This document shows positions 40,000 to 54,129 of a stretch of 64,000 nt of DNA, piece after piece; the stretch's first letter is position 1; every line of letters starts with the position of its first letter. The DNA comes from Octopus vulgaris (Eukaryota), in assembly GCA_951406725.2 (NCBI GenBank), contig OX597831.1:63240001-63304000 (forward strand), written 5' to 3'. Both the position numbers and the translations under genes were made by a program. The notes beneath the pieces are model-generated. The model ran no database searches, was not told the origin of the DNA, and saw nothing but the letters and a program-made list of their open reading frames with translations.

Positions 40000-42560
40000 T
40001 GCATAAACACGTAAAAAATATGCAATAACAACCATTTAACATGAAAATTACAAGAACAAAATTCCCCAATAGGGGTAAATGCCACTTAGGGGCTACCAAG
40101 GAACTCAAAAGTTCCTGCATCAACCTGCTCATCGGGAGCACCATAACATGTGCTCTTCTGTCCTCCATGATTTTCAGCCTGCTGGCGCCAGCTCAGGAAT
40201 AGTTCACTCATCTGACGTTTTGCAAATTTATTGGCATCATCAGTAAGAAAAGTACCCGTTCAGTCCCCCACACAACCACATTCGCTATACCTAATAAACA
40301 CGCGGTAAAGTGTGGGCTCTTCGCGGCCAAAGGAAGGCGGCAAATTGATCTTCACAACGGAGCCGGCTGGTAGTCGGATCCGAGCTACACATGACAGCAG
40401 CTGTTCGACATAACTCCCTAATTCAGCAATGCCCGAATGTAGCATACGAGCGCATGTAACATAGTTTCGCCGCACATCTGCGCACATGTAGAGCAGGCCC
40501 CTGTGACGACACTACCATGCCTGTAAAATTCATTCAGAAGTGACAGTTCCCCACCGATAATGCTGCCAGGCTAAGTATTTCTGAAAATTATGCTTGGACC
40601 ACGACTTGAAGGTCCTTCGGCACACACAAGCCAGTTGATTTTCAGTGCCACTCAGTTTCCCCAAAGATGTCGTTGCTTTTAACCAATCCTCTATAGAACG
40701 TCGTTCTGGTCTATTCACCGACCGCATTGCTCGACTGACAAAGGGCTGACGTGGTACCTTGTGCCTAGTATCGGTATGCCAAGACAAGGCGGCGAGCTGG
40801 CAGAATCGTTAGCACGCCGGACGGAATGCTTAGCGGTATTTCGTCTGTCTTCACATTCCGAGTTCAAATTCCGCCGAGGTCGACTTTGCCTTTCATCCTT
40901 TCGGGGTCGATTAAATAAGTACCAGTTACGCACTGGGGTCAATATAACCGACTTAATCCGTTTGTCCGTTCTTGTTTGTCCTCTCTGCGTTTAGCCCCTT
41001 GTGGGTAGTACAGAAATAGGTATGCCAAGACAAAGTACAGTGACATCAGCTCTCTCAAAGAGAGAGTTGTAACGGGAAATGTGTCTAACAAACAGCTACC
41101 ACATCTGCTTACCGTCAAGGAAACACTGGATATGTTCTAGCCTCAGAATATGCCGACTACAAATGGAACGTTGGACCAACGGAACACGTCCCTTCCTCAA
41201 AAAATGGAAACGGAAGCGTTCCGTTCTTGTCAGTCCTCAAGCGGAACAAGGCACAACTGTTAGACAGTTACTGATGACATACGCAATGTATTCATTCACC
41301 ACCTCTGCGCGTCCCTTCTGATATAGTTTCCTCTCACCCTATTTCTGAGACTAACTATCCTGCTCGTCACCTCTTGAAAATTCTTGTTCACCTAAAGTTA
41401 CCGAACAATCGAACCTCTAGAAATTTAAACGTTCTATCCGACCTACTCTCCACAACGTTACAGGTTAAATTCTTTTGCTCCTGTCGCCGCTTCGTATTCC
41501 ATTACAGAAGTACTGATCACTTCAATGAGTTTGGTGTCCGTCTGTATATACAATAACGGATCTTTCTGGTTCTTGAAAGATGTCTCTCGAAACCGCTAAC
41601 TTCAGCAGGACTGGTTCTAAGGTCAGTACGCATGGACGGGAAGGGAGGGGTGACCATTAACGGACAGAAAGCATGATACTGAACTATTGCGACAAGTAGC
41701 CAGTTGTTCTGACTACAGAGAGAATGTCCAGCTTCTAAAGACTGGCCCAAGACCAGCTTCCTGCAGGAAAGCAGCCAAATACCTATGGTTGACCTTAGCG
41801 AAAACTTTCGACTGATCTAAATTGATAAGATCCTCACTCATGTCAGGTTATTTTCCCACACTTTCTGTGATGTATCCTGTGAAGTAGAGGATGCCGAGAT
41901 TAGATCTATTCAGTATGCCGCATGACTGCATTTCAACTACCAGGATATCGACAAGCGCCAACCTCTTAGCAAACATCCTGGCTAGAATCTTCAACTCTGC
42001 ATTTCACTGAGTTACAGGACTGGTGAAAAAATACTAACAAATTTAGTTTAGCAGGATTTGTTATACTCTATTGCCAAGAGGCCTTTGAACATGTCTGACA
42101 TACGAACATAAGGCTCGTCGAGCAGATCATAGCAGCTTCGGCAGTATCTCCTGCGTACAGCCTTCCTTTGCTTTCTGAATTTTGTCAGCTGTTAGAGAAC
42201 TTTTGCACCCTATCCGAAATCCACGGGACACCAAAAACATAGACGTAATGCCCACCCCGTCTCCGATCAACTGTCCACCTCACACAGTTAATTGAAATGC
42301 CAATGAAAATCCGCACACATTTGCTTGGAATTGTGACTTTTGTCGACACATTGCACCTCTGACTCCCGGATCCATCTAATGGTTTTCTTTCTCTCATGTA
42401 TTTGTGCACACATCCTAACTCCGACGAACAACTTTTGTGCTTAACGTTAAAGAAGTGGACAACGGCTAACCTTGTCACCTGTACGCTAGCCACAAAGCCT
42501 TTCCAAAGAATCACTTTTAGATTACTAACTAGATCTCTCTTTTTGCTTCGGAATATGTCA
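40000..42560 (-). pseudogene. Decayed Tx1/L1-clade LINE ORF2
   Basis: Reverse-strand motifs NAELKILARMFAKRLA (~41960-42003), LDQSKxFxKVNH (~41785-41820) and a degenerate QGCPLSP-like box (~41640); many stops and frameshifts; boundaries approximate. Confidence 0.75.
40788..41018 (+). mobile_element. SINE family 2 monomer inserted in the LINE
   Basis: Perfect 15-bp TSD ggtatgccaagacaa at 40773-40787 and 41019-41033. Confidence 0.95.
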
Positions 42561-43801
42561 TCACTATTTTCAAACCAAACCTTATCGATTGTAATCTAAT
42601 GGCCCTTTCTAGAGTGAACTACCCATCGGCTTCGGTAACCGAATCCTTGTCTATTTAACCATACAAATTACACATTTTTGGTGTATATAACTGACTACTT
42701 TGAATTAGGAACAACCTATGCTAGCCCTGTCTACCACCCTACGAATATTCTAGTTGGATACAATCTGGATGACCCAGTGCTGTTTGTCTACGTACACGCA
42801 AGTGCTTTCGTGAAATCCAACCGGTACTTGTCACCCAATTGGAAAGATTAAGCAAATTTCCGAGGTTTTTACACCAGGATCAGGCAACGTCTACAACATT
42901 GCCTTTCTCTATCTCTCTCTTAAGCGTTAAATTAATGAGAGTTTTCTCAAGCAATGATCTTTCGTCAAGGTTCTTTCTGTCGTTTATTTGAAATAGCATC
43001 AGATTAAGACATTAGTGTGCATATCATTAAGAGAGATGACATCTGTAGTTAACTTCGAGTATTTCCCCCTCTATTTATTTTGTTTATTTCCCCTACATAC
43101 ATGTTCCTTCTATATGGATATTAACTATGACTTTCAACTTTGCATAATATTTGAATTTTATGAAAGGAAGCTCGTCGTGGGCGAATTTTTCTGGCGAAAA
43201 TACCATATGGCTAAAGTTTTGTTTACTGTTTTAAAATGATCAGTGTTAGAGAACTCGACATATACAGTCTAAAAAGCATATTCTACCCATTGATATTTCA
43301 ATCTGATGCTATTCCAAGTGAATATAGAAATTTAACCTAAGCTAGGCCATGCTCCAAACAAAACAGCGTATGTGTTATTCACGTATACTGGAACGAAAGT
43401 CCGATTTACACCAGAATGACCGGGAGTATCTGACACTGAGAAGGCCAAGTCAAACAGAAACACTGGCATTTGTCGACGCGCTATCGTCATTCTAAACGAC
43501 CTGGTTTGTTAACACACAAAACCTTTTAAGACAAGTCTCTCTGAGACAAAATATTACAGCTAGCGCCGTTCTGCCTTTGTATGTACATTACGGATGTTAT
43601 TTTATTTTAAACTAATGTTTAAACAAATAACTTATGTCATTTTAAACTAATGCTTTTTCCAGTGCGTATATTGGTTTAACTTAATATACTATTTTGAATC
43701 AATACTATATCTGTATATTCACACACACGCGCGTATAGATATAAATTTTGATACATACATACATACATAACACATACATACAATATGTGTGTGTATGTGT
43801 T

Positions 43802-43832
<31 letters not shown>

Positions 43833-44757
43833 TTTCTGTCTGTATGTACGAATGCCATTAAATTTCCTCGCAGGCCTGACAACTAATACATGGAGTATGC
43901 AAAATATAATGAATTAATATAAAGTTATTTTATATATTCAAGTGTAGCTAGTGCATACATGTATTTGTGAATGTGTGTTTGCGTGTGTGTGGGGGGTGTT
44001 TGTGTGTGTGTTTGTGTGTGTGCGTGTGTGAATCTGTGAAACAACCAAAGAGAGGTAGTAGTATGAAATTTAAAGTAAGTCTAAATAGCTTTATTGTACA
44101 GCTTTATATAACGATAAGCTTACGTTGGTATGAATTATATTTGAAAAAAAAAACAAAAAAAAAACAGCGATATGCTACAAAAATTACTGCTAAGAGGAGA
44201 AAAAAGTATATATAGTAACTCTGGCAAAAAAGCTCGCCACATCAAGACAAAAGGAGATACAGATTTCTAGTGGGAAAAATCGAGTTTCAAGGACCATTAT
44301 GTATATCTGATGAGGAAGGGCGAATAGAACTGCCTGGAGAAATATAAAGTCTGAAGGAGAAAATTACATCTGTAAAAATGATAGATCTGCTGGTTGAAAG
44401 GTAGAGTTGCTAGAAAGCTTGATATAATACAGGGAAGAGAGCAGGTAAGAAAAAGCGAAAAATTCTGTGAAGATTACTCGGAGAAAGTTTAGGAAAATAG
44501 GGTTGGTAAGAGAAAGGGATATATGTAGCGTAGTATTACTCTGAGAATAAAACATTTAATCTGTAAGTGGTAAACAACTGTTGCAGGAAATATAGTTTGG
44601 AAAGGAATGCCATAGATTTAGAGATAAACGGAGAGGAATTAGCCATCAAGTGTATGAAAGTAATAACTTTTGAACTTTTTGATGAGTAAGTAAGTATAGA
44701 GACGACTGACTGGTTAGGAAGTTGAGAATAGAAGAGTCGCAGCTCCTTTAGAGAACA

Positions 44758-45155
44758 CTAGCAGTATCGCCCGGCGTTGCTCGGGTTTGTAAGGGAAATA
44801 ACTATATAAGCATTTTTAGAGATGTAATGTATAATAGCCATCTCAATATGGCTAACCACAAAGGGTGGGGTGTTACTGTAGCTTTTTACGTTCTGAGATT
44901 TAATAATAAATTTTTAGAGAGTTACTTCCCTTATATATGCCAAAAATGCATTAAAAATGGGAAAAATTGATGGTAATTTTTTTTTTTAAATCGTAGACTC
45001 ATCGTAGACGCGTGCTAATACCCAGAAGGGCTCGATATGAATCACGACTATAAGATACTCGGTTTTGGTTAAACTGCACCGCAAAATGTGGGAGTAGTTA
45101 GGAATCTAAATCGTAGGATACAGACAGCACACAACCTCACTTTTATATATAAAGA
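44758..45155 (-). mobile_element. Non-autonomous Helitron
   Basis: Reverse strand A|TCtttatatataaaag ... cccgagcaacgccggg hairpin ... CTAG|T; inserted between A and T with no TSD. Confidence 0.85.
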
Positions 45156-45804
45156 TTTGACAAATAATGTTGGAGTCACATTATATAAAGTGGAAATAAG
45201 ATTAAATATTTGGAGTATTACTTCGGGCGATCGCTTTTTTTCCAGTTCATCAGAGTGGCTTCTACTTACCTAAAGTTTCTCTTCATATGTGCAAGTTGAT
45301 TTGCAAGCGTGATTCCTATTTCAGACCACCCTCTACGAAAAGTCATGTAATAATCACATCAACCATCTGTAACCATCTCCCATCACCTCTATCTATCATT
45401 CACACCGTCCACCCCATGACGGAGATAATTTGCCGACTTAATAGCAAGGTATTCTTACCTCCCACAATGAAACGATCAACTATAGTCAGCAAGAATATTT
45501 ACGTTTGTCTGCTGCTATTGAAGTAGAGAGAGAGAAAAGGAGGAGAGAGGGTAGGAGAGAGAGAAGGGAGATGGAAGATGGTGAGGGTTGGTAAGTGTGG
45601 ATGATAAGGAAGTTGATGTTGATAACGATCATTCTGACAAGAAATAGGAGGCGATGGTGTTTAGAGAATGGGGCGAGGAAGAGTGGGTGGAAGTGGGAGC
45701 ATAATTGCTTTGGGCGAAATTGTTTAACCCCATATCAGACATGATTACACAAACTTATGATCAAAGGCGCGCCAGTCGTGATCTCACCGTCTTTTTTGTA
45801 CATA

Positions 45805-46035
45805 TTCTTTTACTCTTTTATTCTGTTACTTGTTTCAGTCATTTGACTGCGGCCATGCTGGAGCATTACCTTCAGTCGAGCAGATCGACGCCAGGACTTA
45901 TTCTTTGGAAACCTAGTACTTATTCTATCGGTCTCTTTTGCCGAACCGCTAAGTTACGGGGACGTAAACACACCACCATCAGTCATCAAGCGATGTTGGG
46001 GGCACAAACACAGACACACAAACATATACACACAT
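45805..46035 (-). mobile_element. SINE family 1 3' half
   Basis: Antisense tail consensus. Confidence 0.88.
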
Positions 46036-46068
46036 CCCATAGTGGGTTACACTCATAACCCCTATCTC

Positions 46069-46122
<54 letters not shown>

Positions 46123-46471
46123 CCTATCTCACTTTATATATATATATATATAGCTGCACATATTTACACAGAGATGTATATTCTTAGAGACGCAGCGTGA
46201 CAGTATGTTCATGACGGCGTTGAGCAGACAATGATTGTTCTTATTACTACCACAGTAATGTCTCCTTTCATGTTGTTGAGCTTGGGTGCTATCCAAACCA
46301 GAATTAGACTGGATGTGAAAGACCACATCGTTTGGTGATCTTTCAAATCTTCTATTCATCGTGTATAATCTTTACTGATATGATACGATGAAATGCACTC
46401 CGACACAGTGTCGGGGCTTAATGAGATCACTGAGGTTAATGTTGATTGAGAGTTTTTTTTGTTTTTTTTAA

Positions 46472-46851
46472 TTGTTTCAGTCATTTGACTGCGGCCATGC
46501 TGGAGCACCGCATTTAGTCGAGCAAATCAATCCCGGGACTTATTCTTTGTAAGCCCAGTACTTATTCTATCGGTCTCTTTTGCCGAACCGCTAAGTGACA
46601 AACCAGCATCGGTTGTCAAGCAATGCTAGGGGGACAAACACAGACACACAAACACATACACACACATATATATATATATACATATATACGACAGGCTTCT
46701 TTCAGTTTCCGTCTACCAAATCTACTCACAAGGCATTGGTCGGCCCGGGGCTATAGCAGAAGACACTTGCCCAAGATGCCACGCAGTGGGACTGAAACCG
46801 GAACCATGTGGTTGGTTAACAAGCTACTTACCACACAGCTACTCCTGCGCC
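46472..46851 (-). mobile_element. SINE family 1, full length
   Basis: Antisense consensus ending actcctgcgcc. Confidence 0.92.
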
Positions 46852-46874
46852 TGTATGTACAGTATCTACCTCTT

Positions 46875-47149
46875 TTCTTTTATCTTTCACTTGTTTCAGT
46901 GATTAGAATGCGGCCATGCTGGGGCACCACCCTGCAGAATTTTAGACAAATGAATCAACCCCAGTATTTTTTTTTCATTTTTAAAGCCTGCTTCTTATTC
47001 TACCTGTTCCTTTTGCCTTACTGCAAAGATACGGTAACACAAATACACCAACACCGGTTGTCAAGCTGTGGTGGATGCCAAAATCAGACACGAAGAAACA
47101 TATGCACACACACACACACAAAAATACACATATACACAGACACACAAAT

Positions 47150-47204
<55 letters not shown>

Positions 47205-47600
47205 CGACGGGATTCTTTCAGTCTCCGTCTACCAAATCCACTCGCAAGGTTTTGGTCGACCCGAAGTTATAGTAGAAAACACTTTCTCCAGTCTCCATGC
47301 AGAGGTACCGATCCCGAAACCATGTGGTTGAGAAGCAAGCTTCTTATTTCTTTATTGCCGACAAGGGGTTAAACACAGAGGGGATAAACAAGGACAGACA
47401 AACGGATTAAGTCGATTATATCGACCCCAGTGCGTAACTGGTACTTAATTTATCGACCCCGAAAGGATGAAAGGCAAAGTCGACCTCGGCGGAATTTGAA
47501 CTCAGAACGAAATACTGCTAAGCATTTCGCCCGGCGTGCTATCGTTTCTGCCAGCTCGCCGCCTGTGTGGTTGGGAAGCAAGCTTCTTACCACACAGTTA
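46875..47600 (-). mobile_element. Older SINE family 1 interrupted by a family 2 copy (47347-47563)
   Basis: 24-bp TSD tgtggttg(a/g)gaagcaagcttctta at 47323-47346 and 47566-47589. Confidence 0.88.
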
Positions 47601-47960
47601 CTTCTGAACTTCCACACTTTTTTCTCTCCCGCGTTCCCTCACAAGGTATTGCGACTCAGGACTATAGTAGAAGACACTTACCGAAGGGGCTGCGCAAAGG
47701 AACTAATATGTAGCCACGCGGTTGCAAAGGAGCCTCTTATCTGAGTGGAGAAGATAATATCTCCAGTAATCTTTATCTTTTCGTCAGGAGACAGAGATGC
47801 GACCATCACTCTTTTCAGTGCCTCGAGAGTATAACTCACACGAATCCTTACAAGAGCGTCAGCTGGACGTTGGAGTAAAATCAGGCGAATGATTACATAT
47901 ACTTCGAGTAGGCCAAGGTGTTATATGAATAAAAAGAACGCAAAAGGCCCCGGCAATTAC

Positions 47961-48368
47961 CTATTTCTTTATTACCCACATGGGGCTAAACATAGAAGGG
48001 ACAAACAAGGACAGACATAGGTATTAAGTCGATTACATCGACCCCAGTGCGTAACTGGTACTTATTTAATCGACCCCGAAAGGGTGAAAGGCAAAGTCGT
48101 CCTCGGCTGAATTTGAAATCAGAGCGTAACGGCAGACGAAATACCTATTTCTTTATTACCCACAAGGGGCTAAACACAGAGCGGACAAACACGGACAGAC
48201 AAACGGATTAAGTCGATTATATCGACCCCAGTGCGTAACTGGTAATTAATTTATCGACCCCGAAAGGATGAAATGCAAACTCGACCTCGGCGGAATTTGA
48301 ACTCAGAACGTAGCGGCAGACGAAATACCGCTAAGCATTTCGCCCGGCGTGCTAACGTTTCTGCCAGC
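47961..48368 (-). mobile_element. SINE family 2 dimer
   Basis: Two units sharing diagnostic variants with 31990-32402. Confidence 0.92.
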
Positions 48369-48863
48369 ACCCAACGCACTAACGCCTCCGACAGTTCACA
48401 TCATAGATTAGTACTTTTATTCTGACCCTGAACAGAGAAGTTTACTACGGCGGAATTTCAGTTTAGAATGCAAGGAGCCTGTACAAAAACGCTCTAGGTG
48501 TAACAGTGTCCTAGGAGTTACAGATACGTCTGTGAGTTTAGGGTTAATAATACAAGTGTTTGTGAGGGGAGAGAGATGTGAAGTTCTCAACCGTCACAAA
48601 TTGTGTTTTCGTTGTACGTGCAGGTGGACTTTCAATTTCTTTATATTAATTCATTGCGTAGGCGGTCTGTGGGTGTGGCCTCTTCTTACGCTACTCTACG
48701 TTCTTTCTAGTTCGTTGAGAAACACATTCATAATCTATGCTGGATATAATTTATATTGTTTGCAGACTAGTGCGGTAGTTTATTTATATTGGCCAAATTC
48801 GGTGAATGCCAGAGCTGAATGTTCGTATGTTTGCTTTACTATCTCTCTCTCTCTCTCCATTTC

Positions 48864-48955
<92 letters not shown>

Positions 48956-49103
48956 TATACAGATGGTGGATATTGCAGTTCATTGTGGGTAGTGCTAGTG
49001 TTTTGTCCCTCTCTTTCTCTCCCTTTCCCTGTATGTTTGTATAAGGGTATATATACACATATATATATATACAAATATACATGCCTCTCACTCCCTCACA
49101 CAC

Positions 49104-49182
<79 letters not shown>

Positions 49183-49214
49183 GCGTATATATATATGTAT
49201 ATACATATGCATGT

Positions 49215-49457
49215 TCTTTTATTCTTTAACTTGTTTCAGCCATTTGGTTGCAGCCATGCTGGAGCACCGCCTTTAATGGAACAAGTTGACTCCAGAACTT
49301 ATTATTTGTATGCGTAGTACTTATTTTATCGTTTCTCTTTTGCCGAACCGTTAAGTTACGGAGGTGTGAACATGCCAGCATCGGTTGTCAAGTGATGGTG
49401 TAGGATCATGCACAGACACATAGATACATTTATGTATGTATGTGCATATACATATAT

Positions 49458-49512
<55 letters not shown>

Positions 49513-49671
49513 CTTCTATATACGACGTTCTTCTTTGAGTTTCCATTTAGTAAATTCACTCACAAGGCTTTGGTCGGCCCGAGGCTTATAGTAGAAGACA
49601 CTTGCCCAAGGTGCCACGCAGTGGGACTGAACCTCAAACCATGTGGTTGGGAAGTTTCTTACTACACAGCC

Positions 49672-49672
<1 letters not shown>
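49215..49672 (-). mobile_element. SINE family 1
   Basis: Antisense consensus. Confidence 0.88.
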
Positions 49673-49718
<46 letters not shown>

Positions 49719-49764
49719 CACATATATGTGTATATATATATATGTATACATATATGTATCTATC

Positions 49765-49826
<62 letters not shown>

Positions 49827-49963
49827 ATATATATAAATTTTTTTCCCCAAAAAATTTTATCAATGGCCAGCATATTAAATAATACCTTTAAAGGTTAAAT
49901 TTATAAACAACTTATAAATAAGGGCAAACGAAAAAATTCTAATGCCAAATATGCCGAAATTGA

Positions 49964-50002
<39 letters not shown>

Positions 50003-50806
50003 AATATATATAGCCGTTGGTGGCGGGTAGGCGTAAAATAAAAAGTAAAGAGAAATTATTAATTAAAATATATTAAAATTATATATTTTTTATATATCAT
50101 ATATATAAATATTTATGTAGTATAAATTTTTCCCAAAATTACAACCAGCAAAAAAAAACCTTTAAAGGTTAAATTTATAAACAACTTATAAATAGAGGCA
50201 TATGTAAGAATTTCTAATGCCAAATATGCCGAAATTGAACCACATATATATATATATATAGCCGTTGGTGGTGTGTGTATTGGTTGGTATTTCAAATGTG
50301 TAGTAGTGTTGCCGAGTGAGTAATGGAGTGTAGATGAAAGAGTGGCGATGATGGTTGTGGTTGCGGCAGTGCGTTGGTGGTGGTGTTGGTAGTGGCGGTG
50401 TAGTGTTGGTGCTGGTGGTGGTGGACAATTATTTCAACGTTCAAAACAATCCTCAGTTACAAACCCATCCCTATAATCTGTCTTGCTGCCCGATGATATC
50501 ATACATCAAAACTGCACCTCTTTATACAAACACACGCGCACACAGGCTTACACGCACACATACACACACAGACACACACACACACACGCACTCACACAGA
50601 CACTCACACACGAATATATACAGAGGTATTTGTATATATGCCCCTGTTTATGAGTGTGTATTGTAGGTATGTAGATACATACATACATACATACATACAT
50701 ACACACATATATATGTATTTACTTTTTTAAAAAAAGCAACAAAAATATCACAAAACTTAGTTACACTTTCCCGTTCTTCGACAGTTTTGTTTAGAATATA
50801 TATATA

Positions 50807-51032
50807 TGTAACCTCGTGAGCACCATGTAACCTCGTGAGCACCGCCAGCAATTTTTTTCCTCTGTCTTCCCTTCTCGGAATCTTTCCTTCTCCTTTTTTT
50901 CCGACGAAGAGCTCCGCTCGAAACGTTAAGCCCTCCCTCTTCCCCACTTTCCTGAGCGTCCAATAATACTTTATTTGTTCCACGTCCTCGCGTTGCTGTG
51001 TTTTTTTTTGTGTTTTCTTGTTTGGATTAACT
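50807..51032 (+). mobile_element. PLE pLTR-like fragment in (TA)n with variant HHR (50898-50930)
   Basis: CCGACGA a gagc-tcc-gctc GAAA cGTT with weak stem I; 5' duplication of gtaacctcgtgagcacc. Confidence 0.55.
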
Positions 51033-51075
51033 ATATATGTATATATATATATATGTGTGTGTGTGTGTATGTATA

Positions 51076-51119
<44 letters not shown>

Positions 51120-51214
51120 AATAGACAGAATATATATATATGTATATATGAATATATATATACTCACACTCATATACACACACACAATAGATCATTTTCT
51201 TTTAATTTTTATCT

Positions 51215-52005
51215 TTGTACTTGTTTCAGTTATTTGACTGCGGCAACGCTGGAGCATTACCTTAGACAACTCGACCCCAGGACTTTTTGAAGCCAAGGAC
51301 TTATTCTATCGGTTCTTTTGCCGAGCCGCTAAGTTACAGAGACGTAAACACGTCATTACCAGTTGTGAAACGATGTCGGTGGACAAATATAGACACACAC
51401 GCGCACACATACATATATATATATATGGAGTGGCTGTGTGGTAAGTAGCTTGCTAACCAGCCACACGGTTCCGGGTTCAGTCCCAATGCGTGGCAAGTGT
51501 CTTCTACTATAGCCTCGGGACGACCAAAGCCTTGTGAGTGGATTTGGTAGACGGAAACTGAAAGAAGCCCATCGTATATATGTATATATGTATGTGTGTA
51601 TATTTGTGTGTATGTTTGTGTGTCTGTGTTTATCCCCTCCAACATCGCTTGACTACCGATGCTGGTGTGTTTATGTCCCCGTCACTTAGCGGTTCGGCAA
51701 AAGAGACCGATAGAATAAGTACTAGGCTTACAAAGAATAAGTCCCAAGGTCGATTTGCTCGATTAAAGGTGGTGCTCCAGCATGGCCGCAGTCAAATGAT
51801 TGAAACAAGTAAAAGAGAGAGAGTAAAAGAGTATATATATGTACATATATATATACACACGATGGGCTTCTTTCATTTTCCATCTACCAAATCCACTCGC
51901 AAGTCTTTGATCAACCCGTGGCTATAGTAGAATCCACTTGCCCAAGGTGCCACGCAGGGAGCTGAACCCGGGACCATGTGGTTGGGAAGCAAGCTTCTTA
52001 CCACA
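51215..52005 (-). mobile_element. SINE family 1 (-) with a full + copy (51426-51830) nested in its microsatellite
   Basis: Antisense tail 51215-51410, sense full copy, antisense head 51858-52005. Confidence 0.88.
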
Positions 52006-52026
52006 CATCCACGTCTGTGTGGTAAG

Positions 52027-52094
<68 letters not shown>

Positions 52095-52789
52095 ACACAC
52101 ACACACACACGGAATATATATTACTCAAGCATTACATACATATCCATGACATCTCATAGTGAATATAATGAACATATATACTCGTACTAACACGCAAAGG
52201 AAGGACATATACACCCACATACGCACACATGCACACTCACACAGAAAGACGGACACACAGACACACATGTCCATATACGCAAATATTCATACACAAGATG
52301 TCACCACCCACCCCCCGTTGTACATGAATATCATCCTCTAAACAGGATGGTGGACGGTGGCATGGGAAGACAGGAGCCACATTGTTCAATAAAGATAATA
52401 CTTCTATTTTGTAACTGATTTTCCAATTGATTCCAGTACACATACACATGCATACACACACATACATATATACATACACACATACATATATACATACATA
52501 CATACACACATAAATACAAGCATACATACATACCTACATACATACACATAGATATATACATACATACACACATACATACATACATACACACATAAATACA
52601 TACATACATACACACACATATATATATATATAATGTTTATAAATATATATATATATGCGTGTGTCTATATATATGTGTATGTGTGCATATGTATATGTGT
52701 ATATATGTATGTATGTGTGTGTGTGTGTGTTTGTGTTTGTGTGTGTGTGTATGTAGGTATATGTATATAAATATATGCACATATACATA

Positions 52790-52841
<52 letters not shown>

Positions 52842-53695
52842 TGTGTGTGTGTGGCTGTGTATGTCTGTGTGTACAAGCACGGACGAATAGTGGTATATCA
52901 GATGACAGATATATGATTTATTGAAATTAACTTCTTCTCCAGAGAGGAGTAAACCAATACCACGTGGTAATTACAAGCAATTCTAAATATGAAGAGGAGA
53001 TAATCGCAAAACTTACATTACGCTATTAGAAAGGAAAAAACAATTTGGCTTTCTGAACAGAAGAGGATAACTGTTGCTACATGTTTATGCTAAACTGGCA
53101 TCCTCAGAAGAAGTTGCTCTTTCTTGACTCCGGCTGACGATATACTTAAAAATGCATACAAAGAAGGAAAGATACGATTGGCCTAATGCAATTTGCTGAA
53201 TGTAAATGAAACTGTGCAAAGAAACAAAGAAAAATACTGAGGCCTCTGGCATGTATATAGAAAATAATGATGATTAAAGTTATATCAAATATCATATGTG
53301 ATGCATGTTTTGATTTATGAAAATTATCTTCACTTCGTGGAAGAAAATAGCAAATGGCTGCCTTGACTGCAATCGCGTTTACTTCAAATAAGATAGCCGC
53401 GCTGATGACGCATAAACAGAGAGAGTCTTTAGGTGTTTTCTTTTCTCCAGACAGTCTGTCTTCTTTTTAGTGACATAAATTTCGAGGAATTCTTTGTTTT
53501 AAAGATTATCTTCTTTACTCACAATGACCGCAAGATATTTCTTTGCTCATCATCCGAATGGAAGAAAATTTGAATTAACCAAGAATTGATCTTGTGTTAT
53601 TATTTCATTGTCGTATTTTCATTTTTATTCGTGCCACAGGCCACTCTAAGCTAATCGTTAAAAAACATTATATATATATATATTTAGATATATAT

Positions 53696-53729
<34 letters not shown>

Positions 53730-54018
53730 GATAGATAGATAGATAGATAGATATTATATGTGCGTGTAATGTGGGCGTGCGCATGTAAACGCGCGTGTAT
53801 GTACACACACATACATATACATACGTTTGTTTATATATATATTTATATATACAAGCGCACAATGCTTTAAATAAACAGATAAAACCTTGGGCTTTAATGT
53901 ACATATATCTATATATATATATATAGTACATATATATACATGTATATATATATATATATATACAAGCGCACTATGCTTCAAATAAACAGATAAAACCTTG
54001 GGCTTTAATGTACATATA

Positions 54019-54122
<104 letters not shown>

Positions 54123-54129
54123 AAACTTA

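Noticed and set aside
44200-44750. Possible additional LINE relic flanking the Helitron
   Set aside because: No diagnostic motif could be read with confidence.
46623-47372. 249-aa ORF and recurring peptides such as [16 protein letters not shown] and MRNWYLFNRPRKDERQSRP
   Set aside because: Antisense read-through of SINE copies.
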